Below are positions 9,480 through 22,649 of a DNA stretch of 64,000 nt, one piece after another. The stretch covers positions 928,001 through 992,000 of the forward strand of contig CBDATQ010000001.1 of the NCBI GenBank assembly GCA_965199955.1, written 5' to 3'. The stretch's first letter is position 1; every line of letters starts with the position of its first letter. The DNA comes from Spirochaetia bacterium (GTDB lineage: Bacteria; Spirochaetota; Spirochaetia; SZUA-6; Bin103). The notes under the pieces were generated by a model. It saw nothing but the letters and a program-made list of their open reading frames with translations. It searched no databases and had not been told where the DNA came from. The position numbers and the translations under genes were made by a program.

Positions 9480-11075
9480 ATGGCACGGGGACGACCGAGA
9501 GCGCAGACAGCCGAGGGAGGCGGAGCGGGCACCACCCAGGCCGCCACGACCGGATACGAGGCCGAGCTGTGGCGTATGGCCGACGCGCTGCGGGGATCCA
9601 TGGACGCTGCGGAGTACAAGCACGTCGTCCTGGGCCTGATCTTCCTCAAGTACATCTCGGACGCCTTCGAGGAGCGGCACGCCCAACTCGAACGCGAGCA
9701 GGCCGAGGGCGCCGACCCGGAGGATCCGGACGAGTACCGCGCGGAGAGTATCTTCTGGGTCCCGCGCGAGGCGCGCTGGAGCCATCTCAAGGCACAGGCC
9801 AGGCAGCCCACCATCGGCCAGCTCGTCGACGACGCCATGGCCGCGATCGAACGCGACAACCCGGCCCTCAAGGACGTGCTGCCCAAGGACCACGCCCGCC
9901 CGGCCCTCGACAAGCAGCGGCTCGGCCAGCTCATCGACATGATGAGCAACATCAAGGTGGGCGACCGGGACGCCCGCTCGAAAGACGTGATCGGCCGGGT
10001 CTACGAGTACTTCCTGTCTCAGTTCGCGAGCGCGGAGGGCAAGAAGGGCGGCGAGTTCTACACGCCGCGCTGCGTCGTCGCGGTTCTGGTCGAGATGCTG
10101 GCGCCGTACCGGGGCCGGGTCTACGACCCGTGCTGCGGCTCGTCGGGGATGTTCGTGCAGTCGGTCAAGTTCATGCGCGCCCACGCCAGCGGCAACGGGA
10201 ACGGCGGCAGGGCCAGGGCGGACATCAGCATCTACGGGCAGGAGTCCAACTACACGACGTGGCGGCTCGCGAAGATGAACCTTGCCATCCGGGGCATCGA
10301 GGGGCAGATCGCCCACGGCGACAGCTTTCAAAACGACCGTCACCCGGACCTGAAGGCGGACTACATCCTCGCCAACCCGCCGTTCAACGTCTCGGACTGG
10401 GGCGGCGAGCGGCTGGCCGACGACAAGCGGTGGCGCTACGGCGTGCCGCCGAAGGGCAACGCCAACTTCGCTTGGGTGCAGCACATGGTCCACCATCTGG
10501 CCCCGGCGGGCGTGGCGGGGTTCGTGCTCGCCAACGGGTCGATGTCGTCGAGTCAGTCGGGCGAGGGCGAGATCCGGAAGAACCTGATCGAGGCGGACCT
10601 GGTGGACTGCATGGTGGCGCTGCCGGGGCAGCTCTTCTACTCGACGCAGATTCCGGCCTGCCTGTGGTTCCTGGCCCGACGCCGGCCCCGGCTCGGCGAG
10701 ATCCTGTTCATCGACGCCCGCAAGCTGGGGCGGATGGTCGACCGGACGCACCGGGAGCTGACCGACGACGACATCGCCCGCATCGCGGGGGCCTACCACG
10801 CTTGGCGTGACAGCTCGACGGTGTACGAGGACGTTCCGGGCTTCTGCAAGAGCGCGCCGCTCGACGAGGTGCGCCGGCACGGCCACGTGCTGACCCCCGG
10901 CCGCTACGTCGGCGCGGAGCCGCAGCCGGACGACGGAGAGCCGTTCGAGGCCAAGATGCGTCGGCTGGTCGAGGAGCTGCAAGTGCAGCAGGCCGAGGGA
11001 GCGCGACTCGATGCGGCCATCGCCGAGAACCTCAAGACGTTGGGCTTCGACCTGCCCGAGACGAGGGACGGGTAG
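9480..11075 (+). CDS. hsdM: Type I R-M methyltransferase subunit M
   Basis: [45 protein letters not shown]. Confidence 0.97.
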   Translation: MARGRPRAQTAEGGGAGTTQAATTGYEAELWRMADALRGSMDAAEYKHVVLGLIFLKYISDAFEERHAQLEREQAEGADPEDPDEYRAESIFWVPREARWSHLKAQARQPTIGQLVDDAMAAIERDNPALKDVLPKDHARPALDKQRLGQLIDMMSNIKVGDRDARSKDVIGRVYEYFLSQFASAEGKKGGEFYTPRCVVAVLVEMLAPYRGRVYDPCCGSSGMFVQSVKFMRAHASGNGNGGRARADISIYGQESNYTTWRLAKMNLAIRGIEGQIAHGDSFQNDRHPDLKADYILANPPFNVSDWGGERLADDKRWRYGVPPKGNANFAWVQHMVHHLAPAGVAGFVLANGSMSSSQSGEGEIRKNLIEADLVDCMVALPGQLFYSTQIPACLWFLARRRPRLGEILFIDARKLGRMVDRTHRELTDDDIARIAGAYHAWRDSSTVYEDVPGFCKSAPLDEVRRHGHVLTPGRYVGAEPQPDDGEPFEAKMRRLVEELQVQQAEGARLDAAIAENLKTLGFDLPETRDG

Positions 11076-11082
11076 CCGGCGC

Positions 11083-11535
11083 ATGGGCACCGGAGGGGAG
11101 CACGGACCGCGCTGCCGTATCGACACCGGCTTTCTGCGGCGCTGCATCCACGCGCTGGAGGTCGCCTTCAAGGCAGTCGAGACGCACGGCGAGTCAGACG
11201 TCCTGTATGACCTCTGCCGGGCCGCCTGCGTCAAGGAGTTCGAGCTGGTGCTGGAACAGACCGGTGCGCTCTTGCGCAAGCGTCTCGCGGCGTTCTTCGC
11301 CAGCAACCGGCGGGCCGACGAGCTTGTGTTCAAGGACCTGTTCCGGCACGCCGCCAGGCACCGGCTGATCGACGTGGACGAGGCCGAACGTTGGTTGAGC
11401 TACCGCGACAGTCGGAACGACACGGCGCACAAGTACGGCGAGCACTTCACCGAGTCGATCCTGGAGCTGCTGCCGGCCTTCATCGCCGATGCGAAGGCGC
11501 TGGCCGACGCCATCGAGACCGCGAACGATGGATGA
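11083..11535 (+). CDS. HEPN toxin (HI0074 / HepT type)
   Basis: [16 protein letters not shown], and RX4HXY motif RNDTAHKY. Confidence 0.85.
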   Translation: MGTGGEHGPRCRIDTGFLRRCIHALEVAFKAVETHGESDVLYDLCRAACVKEFELVLEQTGALLRKRLAAFFASNRRADELVFKDLFRHAARHRLIDVDEAERWLSYRDSRNDTAHKYGEHFTESILELLPAFIADAKALADAIETANDG

Positions 11536-13067
11536 CCGCCTCCAGATCGCGCCCCGGCACCGGCGAATCCTGGAGGCCCTGCTCAGCAAGGTCGGCGACA
11601 AGACCAGCAGGCCGGGAGATGTCGTCTTCACCTCGAAGGGAACGGTCGGCAGGTTCGCGTTCGTTCGGGGGGACACGAAGCACTTCGTCTACTCGCCGCA
11701 GTTGTGCTTTTGGCGATCTCTGGACCGCACAGCCATCGACCCGTACTTCCTGTACTGCTGGATGAGAGGACCTGAGTTCTTCGGGCAATTCAAGGGCGTT
11801 GCCGGCCAAACGGACATGGCCGAGTACGTGAGTCTCACGGACCAGAGGCGCATGTTCGTCACCCTGCCGCTCCTCGACGAGCAGCGAGCCATCGCCCACA
11901 TCCTCGGCACGCTGGACGACAAGATCGAGCTGAACCTTCGGATGAATGCGACGCTGGAGGCGATGGCGCGTGCGCTGTTCCGGTCCTGGTTCGTCGATTT
12001 CGACCCGGTGCGGGCCAAGATGGAAGGCCGCGACACCGGGCTTCCGAAGGAGATCGCCGACCTGTTCCCCGACCGGCTGTGGTGGACTCGGAGCTGGGGG
12101 AGATCAGTGAGCTGCGCAACGGCATTACGCCAAGAACTGACCGGGCGTCTCGCAACGTCCCAATTGAATACGTGGTGAGAGATGGTGACCTTCTGTTCTC
12201 ATGGTCTGGAAGTCTGCTAGCGAAGTTCTGGACCGGTGGTGAGGGAGCCCTGAATTAGCATCTATTCAAGGTCACTTCCGGTCGGTACCCTATGTGGTTT
12301 TGCGGTCATTGGGTTTACCATCACTTGGAAGAGTTCCAGGCCATTGCGGCTTCGAAGGCAACCACGATGGGACACATCCAACGGAGTCATCTGAAAGAGG
12401 CGATGGTCACTTGCCCTCCGGACGGTGTGCTCGCCGAGTTGGGCCACACTATGGAATTGTTGAGCTACCATCAAGAGGTGTGTAAACGAAAAAGGCGGCG
12501 CCCTGTAGAATCCTGAAATCACCACAAAGTCAGGAGGACACCGCCGTGGAAGAGTTGGTCACGAAGCAGAGCACCCAGTCAAGCGCGTGCTGGCAGGCCA
12601 TGGAGGAGATAGCCCGGCGCCACGTTCAGCAGTGGCTGCAGGGATTGCTTGAGGACGAGGTGACGCAGAGTTTCTTGGCCGAGCCCGCTACCGTCGCCGA
12701 GATGAAGGGGAACGCGGCTACCGCAACGGCTACGGCAAGCCGCGGCAGCTGACCACACGGGCCGGCACGGTGACGGTGCGTCGGCCGCGGGTGCGCGGGC
12801 TGGAGCAGCGGTTCGAGAGCGCGCTACTGGCGCTGTTTGCGCGGCGCACGCCTGAGGTCACCGACGTGCTGCCGCAGTTGTACCTGCACGGGCTGGCGCT
12901 GGGCGATTTCGAGCTGGCGCTGCGGGGGCTGTTCGGCGAGCACGGTGGCGCGGGTGAAGGACCGCTGGCACGCCGAGGCGGCCGCGTGGCACGAACGCAG
13001 CCTGGCGGATCTGGAGTTGGTGTGTAAGCGTCCGCTGAACGCCACCTTACGACGGCTGAAATAGCGG

Positions 13068-13412
13068 GTGATCGTCCCTGTCAGGAGGGACGATGAGGTG
13101 AACGAGAGACACGGGCGCGAGTATTGGAGCCAGCAGGTTGCCGAGTGGCGGAGCAGCGGCCTGTCGAGGAAGGCGTACTGCGAGCGGCATGGCCTGCGGT
13201 ATTCGTCGCTGTGCCGGTGGGCGGGCAAGTTGAGGCAGTCCTCGGCGCCGGAGAGTCAGCGACTGGTCGAACTGGGGCAGCGCGGCGGCGGTGCCGAGCC
13301 GGGCGCGACGATCGAGCTGGTGGTCGGCCAGCGGTACGTGCTGAGGCTGAGGCGGTCGGTGCGGGCTACCGATCTGCGCGAAGTACTGGCGGCGCTGGAG
13401 GGCGAGCGGTGA
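13068..13412 (+). CDS. tnpA: IS66 accessory protein TnpA
   Basis: WSQQVAEWRSSGLSRKAYCERHGL HTH; overlaps the tnpB GTG. Confidence 0.8.
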   Translation: MIVPVRRDDEVNERHGREYWSQQVAEWRSSGLSRKAYCERHGLRYSSLCRWAGKLRQSSAPESQRLVELGQRGGGAEPGATIELVVGQRYVLRLRRSVRATDLREVLAALEGER

Positions 13413-13895
13413 TCCGGGTGGAGCTGGGCGCGGCGCGGATCATCGTACGGCCCGGGGCGACCGATATGCGCAAGCAGATCAACGGGCTGGTAGTGCTGGT
13501 GCAGGAGCAGATGGACGCGAAACTTCGGGAGCTGAACAAGAAGCTGGATCTCTACGAAGAACAGGTGGAGTGGTTCAAGAACAAGCTGTATGGACGCGGT
13601 ACCGAACACAGAGCCGACAGCCCATCGCCGGACGATGAGCCGTCCGCTGCCGCAGGCGCTGCCGCGGATCGAGCAGGTCATCGACCTGCCCGAGCAGGAC
13701 AAGCAGTGTGAGTGTGGCCACCCCCTGGTGCGCATCGGCGAGGACACCTGCGAGAAGCTCGACGTGATCCCGCCGCAGGTACGGGTGATCCGCACGGTGC
13801 GGCCCAAGTACGCCTGTCATCACTGCGAAGGCTCCGGCGACGAAGAGCATCCGGCGGTGCGGATCGCGCCGCCGCCGGCGGCGCTGATCCCGAAG

Positions 13896-13925
13896 GGGCT
13901 GGCCTCGGAGGGGCTGGCCTCGGAG
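13896..13925 (+). repeat. 15-bp tandem duplication in tnpC (GLASE x2)
   Basis: GGGCTGGCCTCGGAG repeated twice. Confidence 0.9.
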
Positions 13926-15222
13926 GGATTGCTGGCGTTTGTCGCCACGGCGAAGTTCTGCGACGCGCTGCCTCTGTACCGCCAGGAGCGGCAGTTCGCG
14001 CGCCTCGGCGTCGAGCTGTCGCGGCGCACGATGTCGGACTGGATGATCGCTGCCGCCACAGCCTGCCAGGCGCCGATGGACGACGGCTACGCGCGCCCGT
14101 GTGCGCAGCCCGGCATCGTGCACGTGGGCTTGGGCGCACGTGCGGCGAGCGTTCAAGGAGGCAGCCGACGCGCTGGGCAAGGTGTCCAGCCGGGCCGCAG
14201 CGGCGCTGCATGCGCTGGGGTTCATCGCCAAGCTGTACCGCGCCGAGTCGGAACTGTCGAAGTACCGCGATAAGGACCCTGAGCGGTTCGTGGCCGCGCG
14301 GCGCGCACGGGTGGAGCCGGTGCTGGCGAAGTTCCACGGCTGGCTGCAGGAGAAACGCGACCAGGTGCTGCCCGGCTCGGCGCTCGGCAAGGCGGTGGCC
14401 TTCGCGCTCAGCGAGTGGCCGAAGCTGATCCGCTATCTGGACCACCCGCAGATGAGCCCGGACAACAACGCCTGCGAACAGGCGATCCGGCCGTTCGTGG
14501 TGGGCCGCAAGAACTGGCTGTTTTCCGGCAGCCCGCGCGGAGCCGAGGCGAGCGCGATCCTGTACAGCCTGATCGAGACCGCCAAGGCCAACCGGCGCGA
14601 GCCGTACTGGTATCTGCGCGAGCTGTTCGAGAGGCTGCCGCATGCGCGCACCCGCGCCGACTACCTCTCGCTCCTGCCGACTGCGCGTCCACCGCCGCCG
14701 GCTTCATAGAGCCTGGTTTCGCCGGTCGCTTACCCAGGGGCTGCAGCGAGCCGCCGAGTTGATCGCGGAGGACTGGGAGCGGATGGTGAGCTACTACGGG
14801 TATCCACGAGCTCACTGGCGGCACCTGCGGACGACCAACGTGATCGAGTCGCCGTTCGCGGCGCTGAGGTTACGGACCGATGCGGCGAAGCGATTCATGA
14901 AGGTAGCCAACGCCACCGCCGTGATCTGGAAGATGCTGTTGGTGGCCGAGACGAAGTTCCGGAAGCTGAACGCGCCGGAGCTACTTCAAGATGTGTGGGT
15001 GGGAGCCGAGTACCGAGACGGAATTCGAATCGAAGATCAGGAGCGGGACGCTGCCTGACTCGTTTACACACCTATTGACAGGACCTCGAATTGTTAGTAG
15101 ACAGAGTCATCAAGAACGATCTGGAATCGCGGACGCTGGTGGAAATCCGAGACCATTTTCTCTCGAAATTCATTACCGGTGAACTTCGCGTTCTGCCAGA
15201 AGTGAACGGGAGGGAGCGCGAC

Positions 15223-16044
15223 ATGAGTACGCTCACTCGTAATGATAGGCGTTACCTTGAGAAGATTCTGGAAATGGATTATGGTTACGTATTGAACTAC
15301 TCTGACGCGACGTACGACGAGGTCTTCCGTCGTCATGGAGTGGAGATCCACGCAGAGCGGTTCCAAACTTACGGGACATCGAAGGCCAAGAAGATGCGGT
15401 CTTTTTGGGACCAGGAGCCAGATGCGCTGGTCGCGACTGTGCTTGGAGACATGCTCGACGAGTACGAGGTCGATTGCGATCTCGAAGGGGGGCAGGTCGA
15501 CGCTTCCTTGTTGGAGAAATCCCGCGGTATCCTTGCAAGGCTCAGTGGGCGAGAAACGAAAGGCGACCCGGAAGGGGGCGTTGAACGGTTTCTGGGCATG
15601 GAGTTCGCGATACCGAATGTTCGCAATTTGCCGATTGAAGATGCAGTCGTGCCGATCGTGGAAAGCCGGTTAGACGAGGCTCAGAGGGCGCTGCGCGTGG
15701 GAGCGTATCTTTCGGTGGTAGTGCTATGCGGCAGTATTCTTGAAGCCGTGCTGCTCGGAAAGGCTCTTCGAGAGCCCGGTCGGTTCAATTCGGCGGGCCC
15801 AAGATCAGGCGGCAAAGTCAAGAAATTCGGCGACTGGACACTGGCGAACTTCATCGATGTCGCGAGCGAGGTCGGTGTGCTGAAGGCGGATGTGCAGAAA
15901 TTTAGCCACGGATTGAGGGACTTCCGGAACTACATCCATCCGTATCAACAGATCAGTTCGGGCTTTACGCCGGACGAACACACGGCAAAGGTGTGTTTTC
16001 AGGTACTGAGGGCGGCGCTCGCAAGCGTCGCAGGCGAGAGGTGA
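15223..16044 (+). CDS. Abi-type N-terminal domain plus C-terminal HEPN protein (candidate defence RNase)
   Basis: LEKILEMDYGYVLNYSDATY...GTSKAKKMRSFW; HEPN features GSILEAVL and RNYIHP; RBS GGAGGGAG; in frame with the upstream HsdS tail; visibly lower GC. Confidence 0.7.
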   Translation: MSTLTRNDRRYLEKILEMDYGYVLNYSDATYDEVFRRHGVEIHAERFQTYGTSKAKKMRSFWDQEPDALVATVLGDMLDEYEVDCDLEGGQVDASLLEKSRGILARLSGRETKGDPEGGVERFLGMEFAIPNVRNLPIEDAVVPIVESRLDEAQRALRVGAYLSVVVLCGSILEAVLLGKALREPGRFNSAGPRSGGKVKKFGDWTLANFIDVASEVGVLKADVQKFSHGLRDFRNYIHPYQQISSGFTPDEHTAKVCFQVLRAALASVAGER

Positions 16045-16249
16045 AAGGGGTGGATAGCGACGCGGGCCAAGCGAAGTGGCGTCGGGCTGCACGGGAAGCC
16101 GACGGTATAGGAGTCACTTCGCTCGCATCCGACATGGCGGTGGACGTAGTGGCAGTCGAATACGTCGCTTGCGACGGCCCATCGGCGGCGCTCAGGCTCG
16201 TGTGATCGACTTTGGTGGGTTGTGCGGATGACGATCGAAGGCATCTTCG

Positions 16250-16445
16250 TTGGAGAATTCTCATGACGGCGACTCTCCTCACTGGACGGATCAGAAGGAA
16301 GGGTTGTCCCTGGCGTACGCCAAGGCGCTGGCCGTGCGTGCGGGATTCTCGACCTCGGTGCCGGAGCCGGACCGTGACAGCGTCGATCTGCGAATCATGG
16401 CGCACGGTCTCCGTCGTCCGGCCCTCGATCTGCAGTTGAAGAATA
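16250..16445 (+). pseudogene. DUF4365-like nuclease N-terminal remnant
   Basis: QKEGLSLAYAKALAVRAGF...DRDSVDL...LDLQLK, then truncated. Confidence 0.65.
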
Positions 16446-16446
16446 C

Positions 16447-16605
16447 ACCCACCCGTCGGCGCGGCTGAAGCAACTCCCCGGCTACCGGAAGGCCCGCGAC
16501 GGCGCGGCTCTTGCCGAGCGCATCGGGTTGGACTGCATGCGCAGGGAGTGTGCCCACTTCGGTGAGTGGCTCACCCGGCTGGAATCCCTGCCCGAGCTGG
16601 GGTAG
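16447..16605 (+). pseudogene. DUF4276-like C-terminal remnant
   Basis: HPSARLKQLPGYRKARDGAALAERIGLDCMRRECAHFGEWLTRLESL*; not in the ORF track. Confidence 0.6.
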
Positions 16606-16608
16606 TCG

Positions 16609-19755
<3,147 letters not shown>

Positions 19756-19850
19756 GTCAACGCCGCGCCGTCAAGGAGGAACAGCGATCGCTCTCCTCCG
19801 GACTTCATGCTCCAGTTCAAGCGTAGTAAGGTGGCTGAAGCGTAAGTACG

Positions 19851-19976
19851 GTGGTAGTGAGGATCACAGCGAAGCGACAGGTGACCTTTCCTGCGGCAGT
19901 GTTGGAGGCGCTCGGCGTGGCGCCGGGTGACCGGCTCGAGTTGCAGGAAGGCTCCGACGGCTTCCCAGAGCAGTGA
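19851..19976 (+). pseudogene. AbrB/MazE antitoxin remnant (41 aa)
   Basis: VRITAKRQVTFPAAVLEALGVAPGDRLEL; no adjacent toxin. Confidence 0.7.
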
Positions 19977-21109
19977 TGAGCGACATCTCGGGCGAGCGGA
20001 TCACCCGGATCGAGAGGATCGGGGTGCGCAGCCGGCGGCCTCGGGACATCGGCTTCAATTCGCGCAAGGGTGCGCACGGCATGGTGGTGCACGACTTGGT
20101 GGTGCGCGTGCACACCGCGAGCGGCGCGGTGGGCGTCGGTTGGTCGGGGTTGGAGCGGGCGAAGGCCGAGTCCCTGGTGGGGCGCGGCCTTGGGGAGCTG
20201 TTCCGGTTGCCGGGCGGCTCGCTGGGGGAAGGGGTTGCGATCGACCTGCCGCTGTGGGACCTCGCCGCCAGGCTGCAGGGCGTGCCGCTGTATCGGCTGC
20301 TGGGCGCCCGCGGGAGTCGCGCCGTCGAGCTCTATGACGGCTCCATCTACATCGACGACCTGGAGGCCGACGATGCGCAGGCGCAGGAGGTCTTTCGCGA
20401 AGAGGTGCGCACCGGGCACCGCTACGGGTACCGGAACTTCAAGATCAAGATCGGGCGCGGCGCGCGCTGGATGCCGACCGCCGCCGGGCTGGCGCGCGAC
20501 CTGTTGGTGATCCACACGGTGCGCGAGGCAGGCGGTCCCGACGCGAAGATCATGGTGGACGCCAACAACGGCGGTACCCTCAACAGCACCAAGGACACTC
20601 TCGACGCGTGCGCCGACGCCGGCATCTACTGGTTCGAGGAGCCGTTCGCGGAGGATCCCGAGCTCAACGCCGACTTGCGCCGGTTCATCCGTGAGCGCGG
20701 CTACCCGACCCTGGTGGCCGACGGCGAGTCGGGGCCGCCGCCTCCCGGCTTCTTCTCCATGGTGGAGGACGGGGACATCGACGTGGTGCAGCACGACTTC
20801 CGTGCCGAGGGGCTCTCCTGGTGGAAAGCGACCGCCGCGCGCATCGAGCCGTGGGGCGCGCGCTGCGCTCCGCACTGCTGGGGATCGATCGTCGAGCGCT
20901 ACGCGCACGCCCACTTCGCGGCGTCGGTGCCGAACTTCGCGCTGCTGGAGGCGGCGCCGGCCGACACCGAGGGGCTGCTGCTGGACGGCTGGGAGCAGCG
21001 CGACGGCACGCTGCTGGTGCCGGACACGCCCGGCACCGGCTTCGACCTGGAGCCGGAGCTGATCGAGCGCGGCGTGCGCGCCGGCGACGGCTACCGCGTG
21101 GAGGCGTGA
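19976..21109 (+). CDS. Mandelate racemase / enolase superfamily enzyme
   Basis: DLPLWDL, KIK, MVDAN, WFEEP, DGE, PGTGFD. Confidence 0.9.
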   Translation: MSDISGERITRIERIGVRSRRPRDIGFNSRKGAHGMVVHDLVVRVHTASGAVGVGWSGLERAKAESLVGRGLGELFRLPGGSLGEGVAIDLPLWDLAARLQGVPLYRLLGARGSRAVELYDGSIYIDDLEADDAQAQEVFREEVRTGHRYGYRNFKIKIGRGARWMPTAAGLARDLLVIHTVREAGGPDAKIMVDANNGGTLNSTKDTLDACADAGIYWFEEPFAEDPELNADLRRFIRERGYPTLVADGESGPPPPGFFSMVEDGDIDVVQHDFRAEGLSWWKATAARIEPWGARCAPHCWGSIVERYAHAHFAASVPNFALLEAAPADTEGLLLDGWEQRDGTLLVPDTPGTGFDLEPELIERGVRAGDGYRVEA

Positions 21110-21110
21110 C

Positions 21111-22172
21111 GTGAAGATCCTGGTGACCGGCTCCAACGGGCGCATCGGCGCCAACCTGGTGCGCCGTCTGCTGCGCCAGGGTCACGAGATCCGCGGATTC
21201 GTGTTTCCCGGCGACGCCAGCCGGGCGCACAAGCTGGACGGCATCGCGGACGTCGAGCTGGTGGAGGGCGACCTGCGCGACTACGCCGCCGTCGAGCGGG
21301 CGGTACAGGGGGTGGACGCCGTGTATCACATCGCCGCCGCCTTCGCCTCGCCGCACGACCACGTCGAGTACCTGCAGATCAACGGGCTGGGGACCCTGCA
21401 CGTGCTGGAGGCGATCCGTGCCCACGCGCCGGGGCTGCATCGCCTGGTATACGCCTGCACGGAGGCGGTGTACTGGCGTACCGAAGACGACGGCCGCCTG
21501 TTCGAGCGGCCGATCCGGGAGGACGAGGTCAGCCCCCGCATCGAGATGCCCTACTTCCTGACCAAGTGGATCGGCGAGGAGCTGTGCATGAACTACCACC
21601 ACCAGTACGGGGTGCCGACCGTCGTGTGCCGCTTCACCACGGTGCTGGAGCCGAGCGAGCTTCTCGACGAGGAGGGCATTCCCCGGACCTGGAGCGTGGC
21701 CCGCGCCCGCCGGCAGTTGCAGGGGCTGTCCAATCCTTCGCCGGCGGCCCGGGAGGCCCTGCGGCAGCTCGATGCGGCGTGGAAGGAAGGCAAGCGCCTG
21801 CTGGTCAGCCGCTGTCCCGACGGGCGCTCGTTCAAGCAGGAGTGGGCGGACGTGCGCGACATTGCCAAGGGCCTGGCGCTTGCGCTGGAGGCCGAGGCCG
21901 CCGTGGGCGAGGCGTTCACCCTGGGCGGGCTGCTCACCGTGTGGGAGGAGCTGGTTCCGGCGCTGGCCGAGCGACTGGGCGCGGGCTATGCGGACGTACG
22001 CATGCCGTCACCGAACTACTTCGAGTTCGACCACACCAAGGTGCGCGAGCTCCTGGGCTACGCCCCCGATCACGACTTCTGGAGCACGCTGGACACGGCG
22101 CTGGCCATCCGCGCCGGCCGCCAGACCGACGTGGTCCCCACCGGCGTCCGCTACGGCGCCGCCGACTCGTAG
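21111..22172 (+). CDS. NAD-dependent epimerase/dehydratase
   Basis: VTGSNGRIG and YxxxK (YFLTK). Confidence 0.9.
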   Translation: MKILVTGSNGRIGANLVRRLLRQGHEIRGFVFPGDASRAHKLDGIADVELVEGDLRDYAAVERAVQGVDAVYHIAAAFASPHDHVEYLQINGLGTLHVLEAIRAHAPGLHRLVYACTEAVYWRTEDDGRLFERPIREDEVSPRIEMPYFLTKWIGEELCMNYHHQYGVPTVVCRFTTVLEPSELLDEEGIPRTWSVARARRQLQGLSNPSPAAREALRQLDAAWKEGKRLLVSRCPDGRSFKQEWADVRDIAKGLALALEAEAAVGEAFTLGGLLTVWEELVPALAERLGAGYADVRMPSPNYFEFDHTKVRELLGYAPDHDFWSTLDTALAIRAGRQTDVVPTGVRYGAADS

Positions 22173-22177
22173 CCCGG

Positions 22178-22356
22178 CTTAGAACTCGCGGGCGTTGCCG
22201 GACATGTCGTACAGCCCGAGCTCGTTCGTCGCTTTCGGCCCACCGGTTGCGTGCTGTTGTCGCTGTTCTCGCAGTACCAGGCGACCTCGGCCCAGTCGCT
22301 GCTCCCCGCGTACGGGCGACCCCGGACCATCTGCCCGCCCCGCGCGGCGTATTCCT
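22178..22356 (-). pseudogene. FGE-sulfatase (SUMF1 / C-lectin fold) remnant
   Basis: EYAARGG...YAGS...VAWYCENS...PVGRK/NELGLYDMSGNARE, with a frameshift. Confidence 0.75.
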
Positions 22357-22600
22357 CAACAGCCGCGACCGGCTGTACGCGATCGATGCCGCCACCGGTG
22401 AGCTGGACCCGGGCTTCGGCGAGAGACACCCCCCAACCGCTGAACGGCGGCGGCCTGGTCGGGAACGGCTGCGTCGGATAGAGCACCTCACCCGGCACGT
22501 CCGTCGCAGTGTCCACCGCGCGCGCTACGGACGGCAGTTCGTCGTCGCGACGGGCGAAGGACCGGAGGCCGCGCTCGTCGCCTTCGCGCGACCGGAGTAG
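22342..22600. pseudogene. Scrambled PQQ-dependent dehydrogenase remnants
   Basis: (+) VFLNSRDRLYAIDAATGELDPGFG; (-) TDVPGEVLYPTQPFPTRPPPF; (+) GRQFVVATGEGPEAALVAFARPE*. Confidence 0.65.
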
Positions 22601-22649
22601 CCAGGGAGCGTCATCCGACCCCGCCGCCTTCCGTGCACAATCGGCATCC

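Larger units (their letters stand above)
13024..14733 (+). mobile_element. IS66-family element nested in IS256 (tnpA, truncated tnpB, frameshifted tnpC)
   Basis: Ends GTAAGCG...CGCTTAC; TnpB TDMRKQINGL; TnpC zinc finger, WAHVRRAF, DNNACEQAIRPFVVGRKNWLF, YSLIETAK. Confidence 0.92.
12462..15087 (+). mobile_element. IS256-family element (decayed transposase 12546-13023 and 14734-15058)
   Basis: Imperfect TIRs GAGCTACCATCAAGAGGTGTGTAAACGA versus rc GAGGTCCTGTCAATAGGTGTGTAAACGA (23/28); 8-bp TSD GAATTGTT at 12454-12461 and 15088-15095; motifs YRNGYGKPR, RRPRVR, HLRTTNVIESPF. Confidence 0.93.
11528..15222 (+). pseudogene. hsdS: Disrupted HsdS with a vestigial N-terminal MNT antitoxin stub, split by IS256
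   Basis: MNT-like [19 protein letters not shown] joined to TRD1; [19 protein letters not shown] and [12 protein letters not shown]; frameshift near 12080; TAG at 12256; IS at 12462-15087; tail ESRTLVEIRDHFLSKFITGELRV after the IS. Confidence 0.9.

Noticed and set aside
13019..13030. GGTGTGTAAGCG resembling the IS256 inner TIR motif
   Set aside because: It is created by IS66's GTAAGCG end joining transposase coding sequence; likely coincidence.
16049..16205. Short ORF after the HEPN gene
   Set aside because: About 51 aa with no recognisable motif; cannot be supported as a gene.
22178..22356. Diversity-generating retroelement suggested by the FGE/C-lectin fragment
   Set aside because: No reverse transcriptase and no TR/VR pair differing at adenines in the window; the fragment stops before the usual variable region.
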